NCBI GenBank assembly: GCA_012295275.1
Contig: CM022675.1
Coordinates: 3,782,001-3,846,000, forward strand
DNA from: Chrysomallon squamiferum
Lineage: Eukaryota > Animalia > Mollusca
Length of the DNA: 64,000 nt
Reading direction: 5' to 3'
Shown here: one piece after another, positions 40,835-54,355 of the stretch
Layout: the number at the start of each line of letters is the position of its first letter
Position numbering within the stretch: position 1 is the stretch's first letter
Program-made: the position numbers and the translations under genes
The notes under the pieces: generated by a model
Databases searched by the model: none
The model's input: the letters and a program-made list of their open reading frames with translations, nothing else
Told to the model about the DNA's origin: nothing

Positions 40835-43514
40835 TATTTCTTTTTGTTTTCTTGTGTTCATTTTTTATATACGAAACTTCTTACCCAAGACGATATAAAA
40901 ACAGATTTGTTTAAAGCAACCAGGAAGTAGATATTAATAGAAAGAGGGATGAAATAAGGTCACGCATCTATTATATAATTTGTCAACACAGCTAATTGCT
41001 TCACAATAAAAGGTTATCAATGAATGGATACATGTATAACAGAATACATTGTTTGTAATTTTGTGTTGGTATAAATATAAGTGATACGTTGTTTTACTAA
41101 TGTAAGTAGCTTGAATTTATTTCAACAATAGCTTACTTTATTTGTATGTATTTGTCTTTTTACATAAATTCATAAGTTTATACATGCGCACATCCATACA
41201 CACAGGCTTAGAAACAAACAAACAAACATACATACATACATACATACATACATACATACATACATACATACATACATACATACATACATGCATGCATGCA
41301 TGTATACATCTATGTATATAACCATATACAAATATTTGCATGCATGTACATACAAATAAATATATACATATATGTATACATATATACATGCAGACACACC
41401 CAGATACAAACACACAAAAATATAAATAAATGCTCGGTTTATTTTCATACAGCACCTATTCCCAATTTATTTTCACCTATTCCAAACTTAGTTTCATATA
41501 CATATCTGCACCTTAATTTCACAGACAGCTATTGACAACACATTTTCATACACACAGTTCTTCCCAGCTTTTCACACCAATTCCAGCCTATATTTAGATA
41601 CACACTTATGTGCAGTTTATTTTTATATACACGTATTTCCAGCTTATTTTCACATAGACGTTTTAACAGCTTATTTTCATAAACAACTTGTTTTCAGCTT
41701 ATTTTTATATAACGGATTCTCAGCCTATTTTGACCACGTAAGATTACAAAGAGAAGGGACAATATTAGATTAAAAACCAGTGTCTACTTCAGTTCGTTGC
41801 AAACCTGATAAATACGAGAAATTTTGTATTAATGATATAGTAAGTGTTTTATTTCTTTAAAAAAACAAAACAAATTGAGCTGTCACATTTAAGAACAATT
41901 AATATTAAGTTTGTCATGCATTGTTCTATATATTTGGTAACTATATAAATTTTATTTTATCAACTAAAATACAATGTTTGAAGATCTATGAAATATAAAC
42001 AATGGAAACCAGTTGTTTTCTTACAGAATGATTTTGAAACATAACAATCTGGGTGGGGTATTACCTGGGACAGACGATTGTGCAAGCAGTAGAACTGAGT
42101 TTTACAGTGTTAGTGTATGAACAATGTAAACACAAAGATAAGACTTCAGTTTTTCCATTTATCCAAAAATTTTCAAATTGGAATTTAGACAGAGAATAAA
42201 TTATGAAAGTAAATAAAAATAGATCAAATCAAAATGGCGGACCAAAAATATAGAAACTTATACTATATTAAGTTATTTTATCACCAATCGTGACCACAAT
42301 CTAAAAGGAAGATAGTTTAAGCAGTTTTTTAGTGGCTACTAAATACAATTCCAGTGTGAAATTAACTTCAGTCAGTATATATACATCACTATGACGTGAA
42401 AACTTTATTTCTCAGTTTTTCTAATAAAACAAATTAGGAAGTGTGCAGTATCTATTTGGAATAAGTATGTGGCTGATAAAAAAAAATAATAAAAAATAAT
42501 AAAATTAAATTAAAAAAATAATAATCATAATAAACATAAAATTAAAAATAATTAAAGTCAACAAATTAAAAAAAATGTTATCACAAAAAGAGTATGGAGA
42601 AAAAAAACAAAAAAAAAACAATTATAAAATGATATACCATATTTATAATAATATCAAGTTCGTTACATGAAATTAATACCTGCCTTAGCCAAAGTTATAG
42701 ATAATTAAGTTTGAATGTTATAAACAGAGGATAGAATAAAAATAAACATCCAGTCAAATGACAGTATTTGATCATGTGATGTGAAACGTTGCCAGAATGG
42801 TTTGTTTATGTATATATATGGAATGTTTTCCGATTTATCCACATATCGGATATCCGTGGTACAGGACGATCCGTTTAAATAATAGCGAGGTTTACTCTAT
42901 CACAATAAAGTTAGATTAACAGATATGCATAAATATACAGATAGTCGTCTGGTATTTCATATAATATTTGTAACAAGTTTGTGTTTGAAGAAAAAGAGTT
43001 TGTAATCACAATCTCGAATCTGGGATTTCTGAAATTCGAATAAAGTATCCTTAATCTGTTATAGTAAAATAATAAAACAAATAAATAACAAACAAAACAA
43101 AATTATAATAATAATAAAAATTATAATTGCCAAAAAAGAAAAACAAAGGTGGTATGTGACACTGCTAACGAGGATTTCAGAAAACACTTCCTTCAAGCGA
43201 CAAATTTTGTTTCAGTTTAGGTTAATACTTAAAATGTAAGTGTAAGAACAGATTTCAAATATCACAGAAATAAGGTAAAAAAATAAATCGTACTGACGAA
43301 AAGTTCATTTAGATGTTAGGATAAAGTATAAATACAAAATAAAAAGATAAAAATAATAAATAAAATAAGGCAACTGATAAAAACACTATGAAACACTATT
43401 AACGTTTTAAAATATCAACAATAACATCAAGAAGAAGAACAAAATTTAAAAAAAAAAAAATAAAAACAAAATAAACAAAATAAAACCTGAGCTATGAAAC
43501 AGAGCTAACATGGG

Positions 43515-43545
<31 letters not shown>

Positions 43546-43726
43546 AACTAACAAAAGCAATTGAAGTAACAATGGTTAAATAACAACAACAACAACAACA
43601 ATAATAATAATAAAAATGTGGTATGGGACACTTAACATGGATTTAAAAAAAATAAAAATAAAACATTTCGTTGCAGACGACAAATTTTGCATCAAAATAT
43701 CGATCGAATTACAACGGAGATTCTTT

Positions 43727-43890
43727 TCAATCAGAACTTTCTAGAACAAAATAAACATTTTTAATGCCTTCAGAAACGTTGTTGTTGTTGTCGGAATTAC
43801 CGTCCACGTTATCGGAAATTTCTGATTTCCTAGAAGGAACTTGATTTGTAAGTTGGGGCAAAATGTCTATACAGACTGGGGAGTGGTAAA
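43727..43890 (-). pseudogene. Relic fifth receptor copy E: only the tail C-terminus and downstream flank remain
   Basis: NQVPSRKSEISDNVDGNSDNNNNVSEGIKNVYFVLESSD* is homologous to the C/D C-termini, with an indel just upstream. Homology stops near 43890, while the downstream flank (about 42100-43720) aligns with those of C and D. Confidence 0.85.
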
Positions 43891-46800
43891 CTAAATAATT
43901 AAAAACAACCTTCCCATTCATGTTTTAAATTATGTTTTTAAGATCGAAATTCTTATGTTTATTTATTTATTAAGGTAGCTAAGTGCCCACCAGTGTGGTG
44001 CTCCAAGACTTGAAGGGGCATCTCACATAAAACATTCATAATAATCTAAACGCAGACGACATCAATTCAAGAATTGAAAAGTAAATTATTTGAAAGCAGT
44101 TCGTTGTATATGACAAGTCAGAGGAAACTTCAAGATCGAAGATATTTATTTTAATTTTAATTAGGACCAGCATTTCACATTATGTGAAGAGACACTAACA
44201 GGGCTACGCGAACTTAATGCAAAGTTACATGGAAGAAAGAAGCGAGTTTGTCCAAGAATCTGTGTTGAAAGGTTTGTAAATACATAGTACTAGTAGTGGA
44301 TTATTCGATTTTTTTGAGATATAAATTAAAGTTTATAGTTTTCCACTATAAGATTCATAATTTACCATTTAGTACAATCAACTTGTTTAATTAGTCTAAA
44401 TATAGTAAATACGCGTACACACAGACATGCGCGAATTTTTGTACCCATGATATACTGCACCGAAAACAACTCGTCCCAAACTCTCTTTGAATTCTGTATT
44501 TGGTAGCTTTTATGTTATTTGCTGGTTTTCACATCCGCCGATTTTTAAAACTTTATTATAGATATATATAGATAAATAAACAAACAAACAACAATACTTT
44601 TTCTTTACCTTCCTTTATTTTTTATTTTTTTTAAATCTGCAATTGAAACTTTTTAATAACATTAATTAATCTGGTTTCTGTAAAAACTGTTTTCTAATGT
44701 TTAAAAAGCAGACTCAGTCTGATGACTGTTATTTCTTAATTTATTTAAAAAAAATAAAATAAAATCAGTAAAACTACTGTGATATTTAGAAAATTAATGG
44801 ATATTTCAAATGGCATAGATTCTAATACAACAATTTTCTTGTTTTTTTAAACTGAGCTTAGAAACCTGTTTCTTATTAATTAGATGAGAAGACATAATTT
44901 TCATTTTAGTTTAATTGTTTTAGTTTTTTGGTGGGGTTTTTTTTCCCCCTAAGAAATTTAATTATTAGCATTTTATCCTATACAGATATTTAAAATTAAT
45001 ATTCCTTTTTTAATGACATTGATATTTAAAAAATTATATTAGTGCTATTGTTTTATTTTCTAGTATGTACATGTTATTAATAAATACATATGGCTTATAT
45101 AAAGATATTCTAAGTATGGCTAAGGAGACATAATGGAAAGTTATCTGGAAGAAAAAGCAAACTTGATAAATTGTTGAAATTTGTAAACAAGTGGTTTTTC
45201 AGCATTATGGAATGGTTATACTGAAATTAGTGTATAAATTTAGTTGTTATAGTGTTGCAGTCCCTGAAAACTGGTCAGATGGTTAAGATGAAAAAGATAT
45301 GAAGAAAAGAAAATGAACAAAGGGTGTAAAAGTTATTAAAACATTTTTGATTTTCGAATCTGTTTCATTATTGTTTTTTTGTTTTTTTAAAAGTGAATTA
45401 ATAATGCTTATAAAATAGGTTTTTATTCTGATTGATTTCATGTTTTGATATGCTATAGATGTTTGATGAATACTAATCAAAAATAATCTGTCTGTGAATA
45501 GAAAAACTGACCAATGCCAGTTGTGTTTATTGGTCATGTAACAAAATGAGAGTCATATACTGCTAACTGTCATGAATGACTGTTATTTTATTCTTTGAAC
45601 ATTCTAACTGTTCTAATAGTGTGTTAAGGGGCATCTGGGGATGTGATGCTCCTAATAGCATAACAAGAATTGTTTTTTAAAGTGTTGTGATAAATCCAGT
45701 GTATGCAATTACTGGTAATACAGTTTTGATTGGATGTATCTGCTTACTGTATAAGGAATGGGTTAAATGTCATATCCATTTTTTGTTTTGTTTGTTAAAT
45801 ATAAATATGTGTATGTTACTTTGTTCTTTCTTGTTTGGTATTATTGTTATAAATTTTGCATACTGTCATCAGATGTTAGGTTGCTTTGGCTAGATATAAA
45901 AAGAATTATGGATCATACACTGTTAGGGTTTAGGCACTTTTTAAATATGTTTCTTCTCCAATAATCATTTGGGAATAGACATAATATTTATTGTAATTTT
46001 TGTTGTAATAATAAATAAACCTCTTCCTCTTCATCACTGTTTTCTGTAATGTACTGAAATGATGCTTATCAACTAAAAATAAAAAGAATATTCATGGGTC
46101 ACATCATATATACTATAGTTTTATCTAGGATTAGCAATTATTCTGATGTAATATAGCTTTTGGACACAAAACAATAACATGGTTATAATTTTTCTAATCA
46201 TTAATGATTCTTTTTATTTCCCGTCACCCAACAGATCTGCAGACTATTATTATTGTGATTCTTGCATGAACTCTACTTGTCATGATATTTGTTACATAAA
46301 ATATAAATTTATTCTGTGCATTACTACACTTTAAAGACTTCTGAGAATTGGATCCAAACTCAATCCCATGCAAATAAGTTTCTACTCTATTTTTTGGTTG
46401 ATTGTTTCTGTCAAAACGTTTTAAAAGGGGAGGATAAAAAATACTGCAGCTTCTACCCCAGAAACCCTATACTCAAAAAGAGTTATTATGCAGGGGTATA
46501 GACACACAGATGTGTATACTATGATAATCACATTTAGACATTCTAGCTGATAAACATATTCATTGTACTAAATGCAAATACTGCTGCTTCTGGTGTAAAA
46601 CTTAAAAACATAACTTGAACAGTTAAATAAACCTGATATTGATAAATAATTAATTAAATAGAGTAAGTTAAATTTAACTGATATTCTTTTATTTCTAGAC
46701 CTGAAGCTTACAACAAAAATCCTAACAGTCCAGCAATATGATTTTGATATGTAATTGTCTGATCTGACAAGATACAGAGACACTAACACCAACATCCAGG

Positions 46801-47211
46801 TAAGCAATATAGTCAGTCTGATAATTATTTCAAATATTATGTTATATTGATAAGGTGCATAATATTGTTGTACAATAAAACAATTTCCAATAAATCTCTA
46901 ACTTTGAAGTCTAAATATACAATATATTTATTATTACAAAAGAAACACATTATTACATAAAACCTGCAGTTGTTAGGTTATTAGAAAACTTAATGAAAAC
47001 TGTTTTAACTGACATTCTGTTTATTTTATAAAAAAAAAAATACATGAGTATGTTCATTATGAAAATATCCTGCACATCAAAGCTATGAGATTTTTATTAA
47101 ATTACTGCATTTATGTTTCAGTTACTGGTTGCACTTCGATATCCATTAGCATATTCCACCAGATGATTTCAGCAGTGTTCTTGTTTCTGTAGATAGAGAA
47201 ACATCACTTGT

Positions 47212-47738
47212 TCAATTGCTGGTGCTTTCACCTTCTTCACAGGAAACTAAAATCCATGAAACCCAGTTATGTGTCTGGAAATACGTGATAGAGAAAACAT
47301 ACTGAAGCATGTCTCATTCAGGTCAAATGTTTACTTTTTCTCCACCAGTGGGTCAGAAAGCTAATGTATAGTTTTGAAAACTTATTTAAGTTCATCATTA
47401 GTCATTAATGTTAAAAAGAGTTCAATTTTTAACAGAAAGTTATCTAGCAATATTTTACTTCATGTTCTACAATATTTATTTTTCATGTAGTTGTCTCCCA
47501 TTACCAGAAAGTGAGCTGAAATAATAAAAGTAATTAAATTAGCAGTTATTTTCCTTTTAGAGGCTAACCCTTGTTAATATTAAGGATGGAGAAATACCAT
47601 AATAATAAGTATTTAACAATTATCTTTCTGTTATTTTTTCTTTTTTTAAATAAGGAAAGAAAAACATCCAAATCCTTGCTGATATTCATTCTGTATTTGT
47701 GGATGAAAAGTATCATCTGTACTGTATTATTCATTGCA

Positions 47739-47794
<56 letters not shown>

Positions 47795-47804
47795 TAACAA
47801 CAAC

Positions 47805-47837
<33 letters not shown>

Positions 47838-50801
47838 TAACAGTAATAATAATAATATTGATGATGATGAAAAGAAACAAAGTTACAAATTTTAAAAGGT
47901 GTACACAGCCTTTTTAATTAGTTCTTGGTATTCATTTCATTCACATACTATTACTGATATATTCCATAAAAAAATATATTTAACTCTTTGAGTTGAAATC
48001 TTATCTACACCCTCTTTTTGTTTTATTCATTATGTACTATCTCTAAAGTCTGAAAAAAGTGACAAAAATCCAGTTAACATGATATGACATTTTTATCATT
48101 ACACTTAATACAATTTTTAACTATCTAAAATGAAAACTTAATACATTTAATCCAGGTTTCATTTTTAAATTTTATTTTCAGTTATTTTCACTTTTTTGCA
48201 TTTGATCAGTTCCAGTAAGTCTGAACTTTTTTTTGTCCTTCCTGTAGTATGCAGGTACTAACCATTTAAAGATTGACTTGACTGTAATAAGAATGTATAC
48301 ATTTGTCATTTTCTGAATCATATGAAATGTATGGACTTTGGAAAAATAATATAAAATGAATTAAAAATTAGCAGAAAAAAATAATTGGGAAATGCCTGTA
48401 GGTAGAGTATATCTTGTTTTTTCAGCCAGAATAAATAACCTAGCACATTCTCTAAATGTGATGCTGATATTAAATACAACAATTTAATTTTAATTAGGAT
48501 TCATTTATTTTTATTTGTTTTTGTTTTTTTTTACCTGATATATAGCATAGAAAATGTTCATTGGTAAATTACCAATGTTGTGTCTTGACAATTACATTTA
48601 AAAATTCATTGTAAATGTCATTTTCAGAAAGATGTGGTGCTTTGAAAAAAAAATTAAAAAATAAGTAAAAACAAAATTGAATATGTGAATTTCACTTTCA
48701 TACAATAATCTTTTTTTTTTTTCTTATTGGTTACAAAATGCTGATTACATGAAGTTAATTTATATTTTAATCCATTGTTCATGTTTGTTAGTTAATTTAT
48801 TTAAACATTTTTGGATCAGATTATTTAATGACAACATAGAATTAAAATGTGTTATAATATTATTTCTGAATGATTCAGACAGAAATGTATATTTTACAAG
48901 ATAGCATTAACTTCCAGATAATTAAGTGGTTTCTTTCATTTTCTAAAGAATGGTATTTTCATGATTTAAAGTGTTTGTGTCTTAAAACATTATTGTGAGA
49001 TAAAATAAATGTGTACATATAGGTTGATTAAAAATACTCACCAGTTTGGCTGGAGTACCCATCAATTTCAGTGTCAAACTGGAAACCAAAAATATGTAAT
49101 TCATTTTAGTTTTGTACTTTTCTTTCTTCTTAACATTTAAAATGATTTTTTGTTGTTGTGGAAAGCAGGTAAATCTGCTATTGATAGTATATCAATACGT
49201 TTTTAAAATATATTTTTTGTATTTCAGATAGTTATCAACTAGATTCCCTGTTTTAACTAAATATTTATTAATTGATTTAGTGCTGAATGTTAACAGAAGA
49301 TTGGAACAACAGAATGTTTCCATCAAATTATAGTTTGAAACTTACAATTAGCTCCTCTTCTTCCTCTTTGTCACTCTTTTCTGTAATCATCTGAAATGAT
49401 GCTTATCAATTAATTGCCAACAGTACAAATATTTACTATTTTTATATTATTCCTTTCAATCAGAAGAAGAAGAAGAAGAAAAAAATTGCAATAAATATCT
49501 AAAATTACAAATAAATAAAACAAGTAATATTGATAACAATAATAATAATAATCACCCCAAAACAACATAAAAATGACAAAAAAAATAGTAGTAAGTTTTA
49601 AAAAATCACAATATATTGCTTTTATTTACAAACCAAAAGAATTTTAAACTTATAATTACTTGAGATAATTACTTCAGATATCTTGGTTTCTGAACTTGTA
49701 CCTTTTCAGAAATGTGGATTAAAAATGTCATTTGAAAATTACTGAAAACTATTCCATGATGTTTACTTTTTATTTATTTATATTTATTATTGCAGTCATT
49801 ATTTTATTTGTATTTTAAAGCATTTCAGTTGTTTAAATATAGATTGTGAATAACAATATGATATCTGAATGAAATATTTATTTTATTTCATTGTTAACAC
49901 GAAAGGGCTGCTTTGAATTTCACAGATCTGTTCTTTAATAAACTATGGCTATCCTATAATAGATTTTCTAAATTCACAGTAACCTCTGATTCTTTATAAA
50001 CATAAAAATAGTACAAGTATAAAATATTTGATTTAAAAAACTTGTATTTAGGAGAAGAATTATGCTTAACTAGGTATTTTGGTTACTCTCAAGTAGACAT
50101 ATTTAGGATATTCTGATCATAAATATTGTTTTTGTACCTTTAAAATAAATAAATAAATGATAACAATTATAAATGAATAAAATAATGAAAAATCATGAAA
50201 TAAAGTAAGTAAATAAATAAATAAAATTTGGTAATGGGAAAATATATTTTTTCAAAACCAGAAGTTTTTAGGTCTGACATGTTTTGTAATGACAAGACAC
50301 AGGCTGAGAAATTGACAGACAGACAGACAAATAGAACACTGGCATTCCTTTATTAAGTTTAAATGTGAAAGTGGAAATATTTCTTTCTTTCTTTCTTTTT
50401 TTAATTTTGTTTTTTTATAATTAAATATATAGTGGTTATTATTGTTGTTAGTGGTACTGCAGATGCATTCAGACCTGTTTTATTTAATCAGTTTAGAAAT
50501 TTTAGAAACATGTTTTATTTCTACTTAAATAGAATTTTTAGAAACTGATTTGTTATTTATTGTATTAAAAGTGCCACACCTCATTTCATTTCACACGTGA
50601 CTGAAATATATGATATCATTATAAATGTTTAGATTGGCCCTTACATGGTTTAATAAATTTATGTACAAAATAATGTCTAAATATTGTCTCTTCACTTAAA
50701 AAATGCTATAGATTTAATTGTATTAAGAATCACACAGACTTATTCCTTACTTTAAATTTCTTAACCTAAAAATCTACAAGTTACTCTATTAAAACTGCTA
50801 T
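47212..50801 (-). other. Putative unannotated micro-exon transcript (small acidic protein or lncRNA)
   Basis: Series of short segments bounded by AG and GT sites (several GTAAG/GTGAG): 50801-50751, 49741-49702, 49390-49346, 49078-49042, 48639-48573, 47515-47505, and one starting at 47246. They splice in frame from ATG 49731 to MTFLIHISEKMITEKSDKEEEEELIFDTEIDGYSSQTAPHLSENDIYNEFLNVIVKTQH..; no homology recognised. Confidence 0.3.
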
Positions 50802-51130
50802 CTGAAAGAGAAATACAACATGTATTTTATCTTTTTATTGTTTTTCCCTGATGAATCCAAGTTGGAAGGTGATAGAGATTAACAGTTCATTTAAATGACC
50901 GTTCAAGTTATAGGAAAGTTGTCAATAGCTGGTAGGATAAATTCTGAACACATTTTTAGTTAGAGAGACAGCAAACATTGCCAAATAGTTTATATTTTTT
51001 TTTTATTATTATTATACTTTAACCGAAAATACCTGTCTACCATTTTCAGTAGTAATCTATTAGTTTACATTCATACACTGGCTATATAGAATTGTATCAT
51101 TATTTTATATTCAATTTAGTTTAAATTCAG

Positions 51131-51175
<45 letters not shown>

Positions 51176-53184
51176 ATTTCTTATTTTTACCAAAATAATT
51201 GCTTCCACGATCGCTATGTTGGCTCATTTAATAACATTTGGTTCACCTTGTGTACTTTGTTGGGTTTTATCGTATGTGCATATGTTAAATAAAAACTAAG
51301 TGAAAAAAAAAATCCATTACTTTTAGTCCGCTTCATGACTATGACTAAGTAAAGCGCTATGCAAGTGAACGTGATGACTTCACGTAACATTCTGATGATT
51401 TTTTTCGAGGCAGGACAAAAAACTAATGAAGAAATAAAAAAAAGTAATGAATATTACTTAATGGACAGCTTAATGGTTATGTTTAAAATGTGCCTCACCC
51501 CTTCTTTTCTTTTTTTCTTCTTTCCTTCCGTTTTTTTATTTTTATTTTTTTCGTTTTCTTATTACTTTTATTATTAAACTGGATTTCGGTCAACTATGCT
51601 ATTAGCTACAAATCAAAGAAGATACAGCGAAAGATGACATCGCCCACTCTAAGCTATAAGAGTGACTTCCCCTTAAGTATTAAGCGTCATTATTATTATT
51701 TTACTATATAATGCAAAAACGTGAGGTGACATAACATACATAACATACGAGGAACATAAAGTCATTCCCTGATTTGAAACATTTATTAACAGAAACTATG
51801 TAAGATGTGCCCACGTAACACGTATATCTGAATACACGAAGACGAACAATTAATACAGAGCAAGTTAGAAATTCGCTTTCATTTCGGTTTCTTCCTTCAC
51901 CTTCACAGATTTCTTCGGTGTGTAGTGCGAACCAATAATAAAAATAGTTTTATTTATTTGTACTATACATTTCTTGTGACGACTCTACAGAATATTGTTT
52001 TTATATGTTATCCATCGAGACGAAAACCTTTCTTTTACTTTCCGGATAGAAGTCAGAAAAATGTCTTAGTAAAGGGAAATTAAACTTTTCTGTGTGAATT
52101 TTGACAAAACTTGTAAATATATTTATTTATTTAACCAAATTATATTGTTTGCAAACTGTGATAAAGAAATCACAATAACGCCTATCCATTATAACAGTTT
52201 CTATGTATTTGGTAATACGTTATCAAACTATTTTAAATGTTAAATGTAGAGTGTTATGAGATAATATCAATTCGTGTGCATTTAAATTCGTACATTTTAA
52301 TTGAATTGTCAGATGTTCTGTAATTTAGTTGCTTTTTGTATAAAGTCACGTTTTCACCCTGTTCAGTGTAGCAGGTGTTAACAAGATTAAAATGATATGA
52401 CGTATGTCTTTTGATAAAATTTAAAAGCTATATTTTTTGGTTCAATATTTCTTTATGTATATGTTTGTGTCTGAATTTTTTAAAAATTTAGAAATATATT
52501 TATTTATTTAACCAAATATATAGTTTGCAAACTGTTTGAAAGAAATCACAACAAAGATAGAACAGTTTGTATTTGTTTGAAAATATGTATATCAAAATAT
52601 TTGAAAATGTTAAATGTTATGAGACACAGTATCAATTCATGTTCATATAAATTCTTTAAGTTTTGAATAACCTGTTGTCTTTCAGTGTAATTTTTCACGT
52701 CTGGATAATATGACTGTTTGAAGAGTTTCGTTATAACATGCATATATCCATCGGCACTGCTTTGAGACAAAAAAAAAAAAATGATGCTTATGGCATTTTG
52801 AAATAAAAACACAGTAACTTCTGTCTACTTTGTCCTTCCCCAGGCAGGATAAAATTTGTGTAGTGATAACTTTAATTTTTAAATTTTCTTATTCATCGCA
52901 TTTTGTGATCAAACTTTTTTTTTATTTTATTTTTTTTTTTTTTCCGGTGTGGTGGGTCGTGTTTACTGTTGTCATATAATGCAAGTGTACCACATCAAAC
53001 GATTAATACAGACCACGTTAGAAGTTAGATTTCATTCAGTTTGTCCTTCACCTAATGTATTTCAGTCAGTAGTAAACAAAAAATAAAAACAGATTTATTG
53101 ATTTGTACTGTACTATTCTATTATTTATTTATTTATTTATTTATTATTGTTGTTGTTGTTGTTGTTATTGTTGTTGCTGTTATC

Positions 53185-53228
<44 letters not shown>

Positions 53229-53233
53229 TATTA

Positions 53234-53269
<36 letters not shown>

Positions 53270-54355
53270 GATCACACTACCTTTTTTTCTTAACAATCGA
53301 ACTGGTATCGATCATTAACAAAACATTTGTTTTACTTTCCTGATAAAAGTGAGATAACAGCGAGTAGAAAATAAACTCAAGCTGGCGCCTATCACACTCA
53401 ACAGGAGGTTCAGACACATGCTTTGAGGCAGTTGGGCATTGAATTTTCCAAATTATAAATAATACTTGGAACGAAAATTAACAGCGTTTCTTATGCGAAA
53501 TTCAAAGATAATATTTAGATATTCGAACTTAAACTTATTCAACCATACATGTTCCAGTTTGTTCTCCAAGTTACCATAAGTAGAATTCAGCTTTCTTTCA
53601 GTTTCTTTCCTGCACCTGTTACAACATTCTTGCTTACTACAAATGTATCTGTGTGTATCGATTGACAGAGTCTTTCATTAATAAAATAAATTTTTGAATC
53701 TGACCAGTGACAAACAGTATTTTTCTTTCATGATAAAAAAAAATAAGTTAATTGGTTTCACTGTTAAACTAATATCCTTGAAGCTGACAAATGTCAGTCT
53801 TCCCAGGTGGTAATAAGAATACCAGGTGCTGAATCTTGATTTTTAAAAAAAGTTTTTGAGTTATAAATGATATTAAAAAAAAGATTAAATCCAAGACAAG
53901 CTAAATGATGAGCCAATGATAAAATAATTTTTAAAATCTGACCAATCAGAAACCGTGTTTTACTTTCATGATAAAAGCGAGATAAAAATTAACTGATGTT
54001 GTTGTAGTAGTTGTTATGTCTTTGTTGTTAATTATTTGTTTTTGTTTTTGCTGTAGTTGTTTCCTACGATGATATGTTTTTTTTTCTTTTTTAAATGAAC
54101 TTTTTATTTATCAAAATAATAAAAATATTTTTGAAATCATATTAGAATTTTCAGAATTAAGTACGAAATGAAGTTGTTACGTTTTGTAGTGTTTTGGATT
54201 CACATTGATTCAGTTCTAATAAATCAAGAAAAATATCTTGGTAATATCTTGAATTTTATACAAAAGTATGGAAAAATAATGGTAAACGATTTGCTTTTGT
54301 TTTATTTTGTTTTATTTTTGTTTGTCACGTCTGTGTTCAAAAATTATTTTATTGT

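Noticed and set aside
45490-45790. Several short hairpins with nearby ACA triplets (H/ACA-like)
   Set aside because: Box spacing and lower stems are not canonical; expected by chance in AT-rich DNA.
50845-50950. CTGATGA followed by a small hairpin, resembling a hammerhead ribozyme or C/D snoRNA
   Set aside because: No GAAA after stem II and no recognisable guide or terminal stem.
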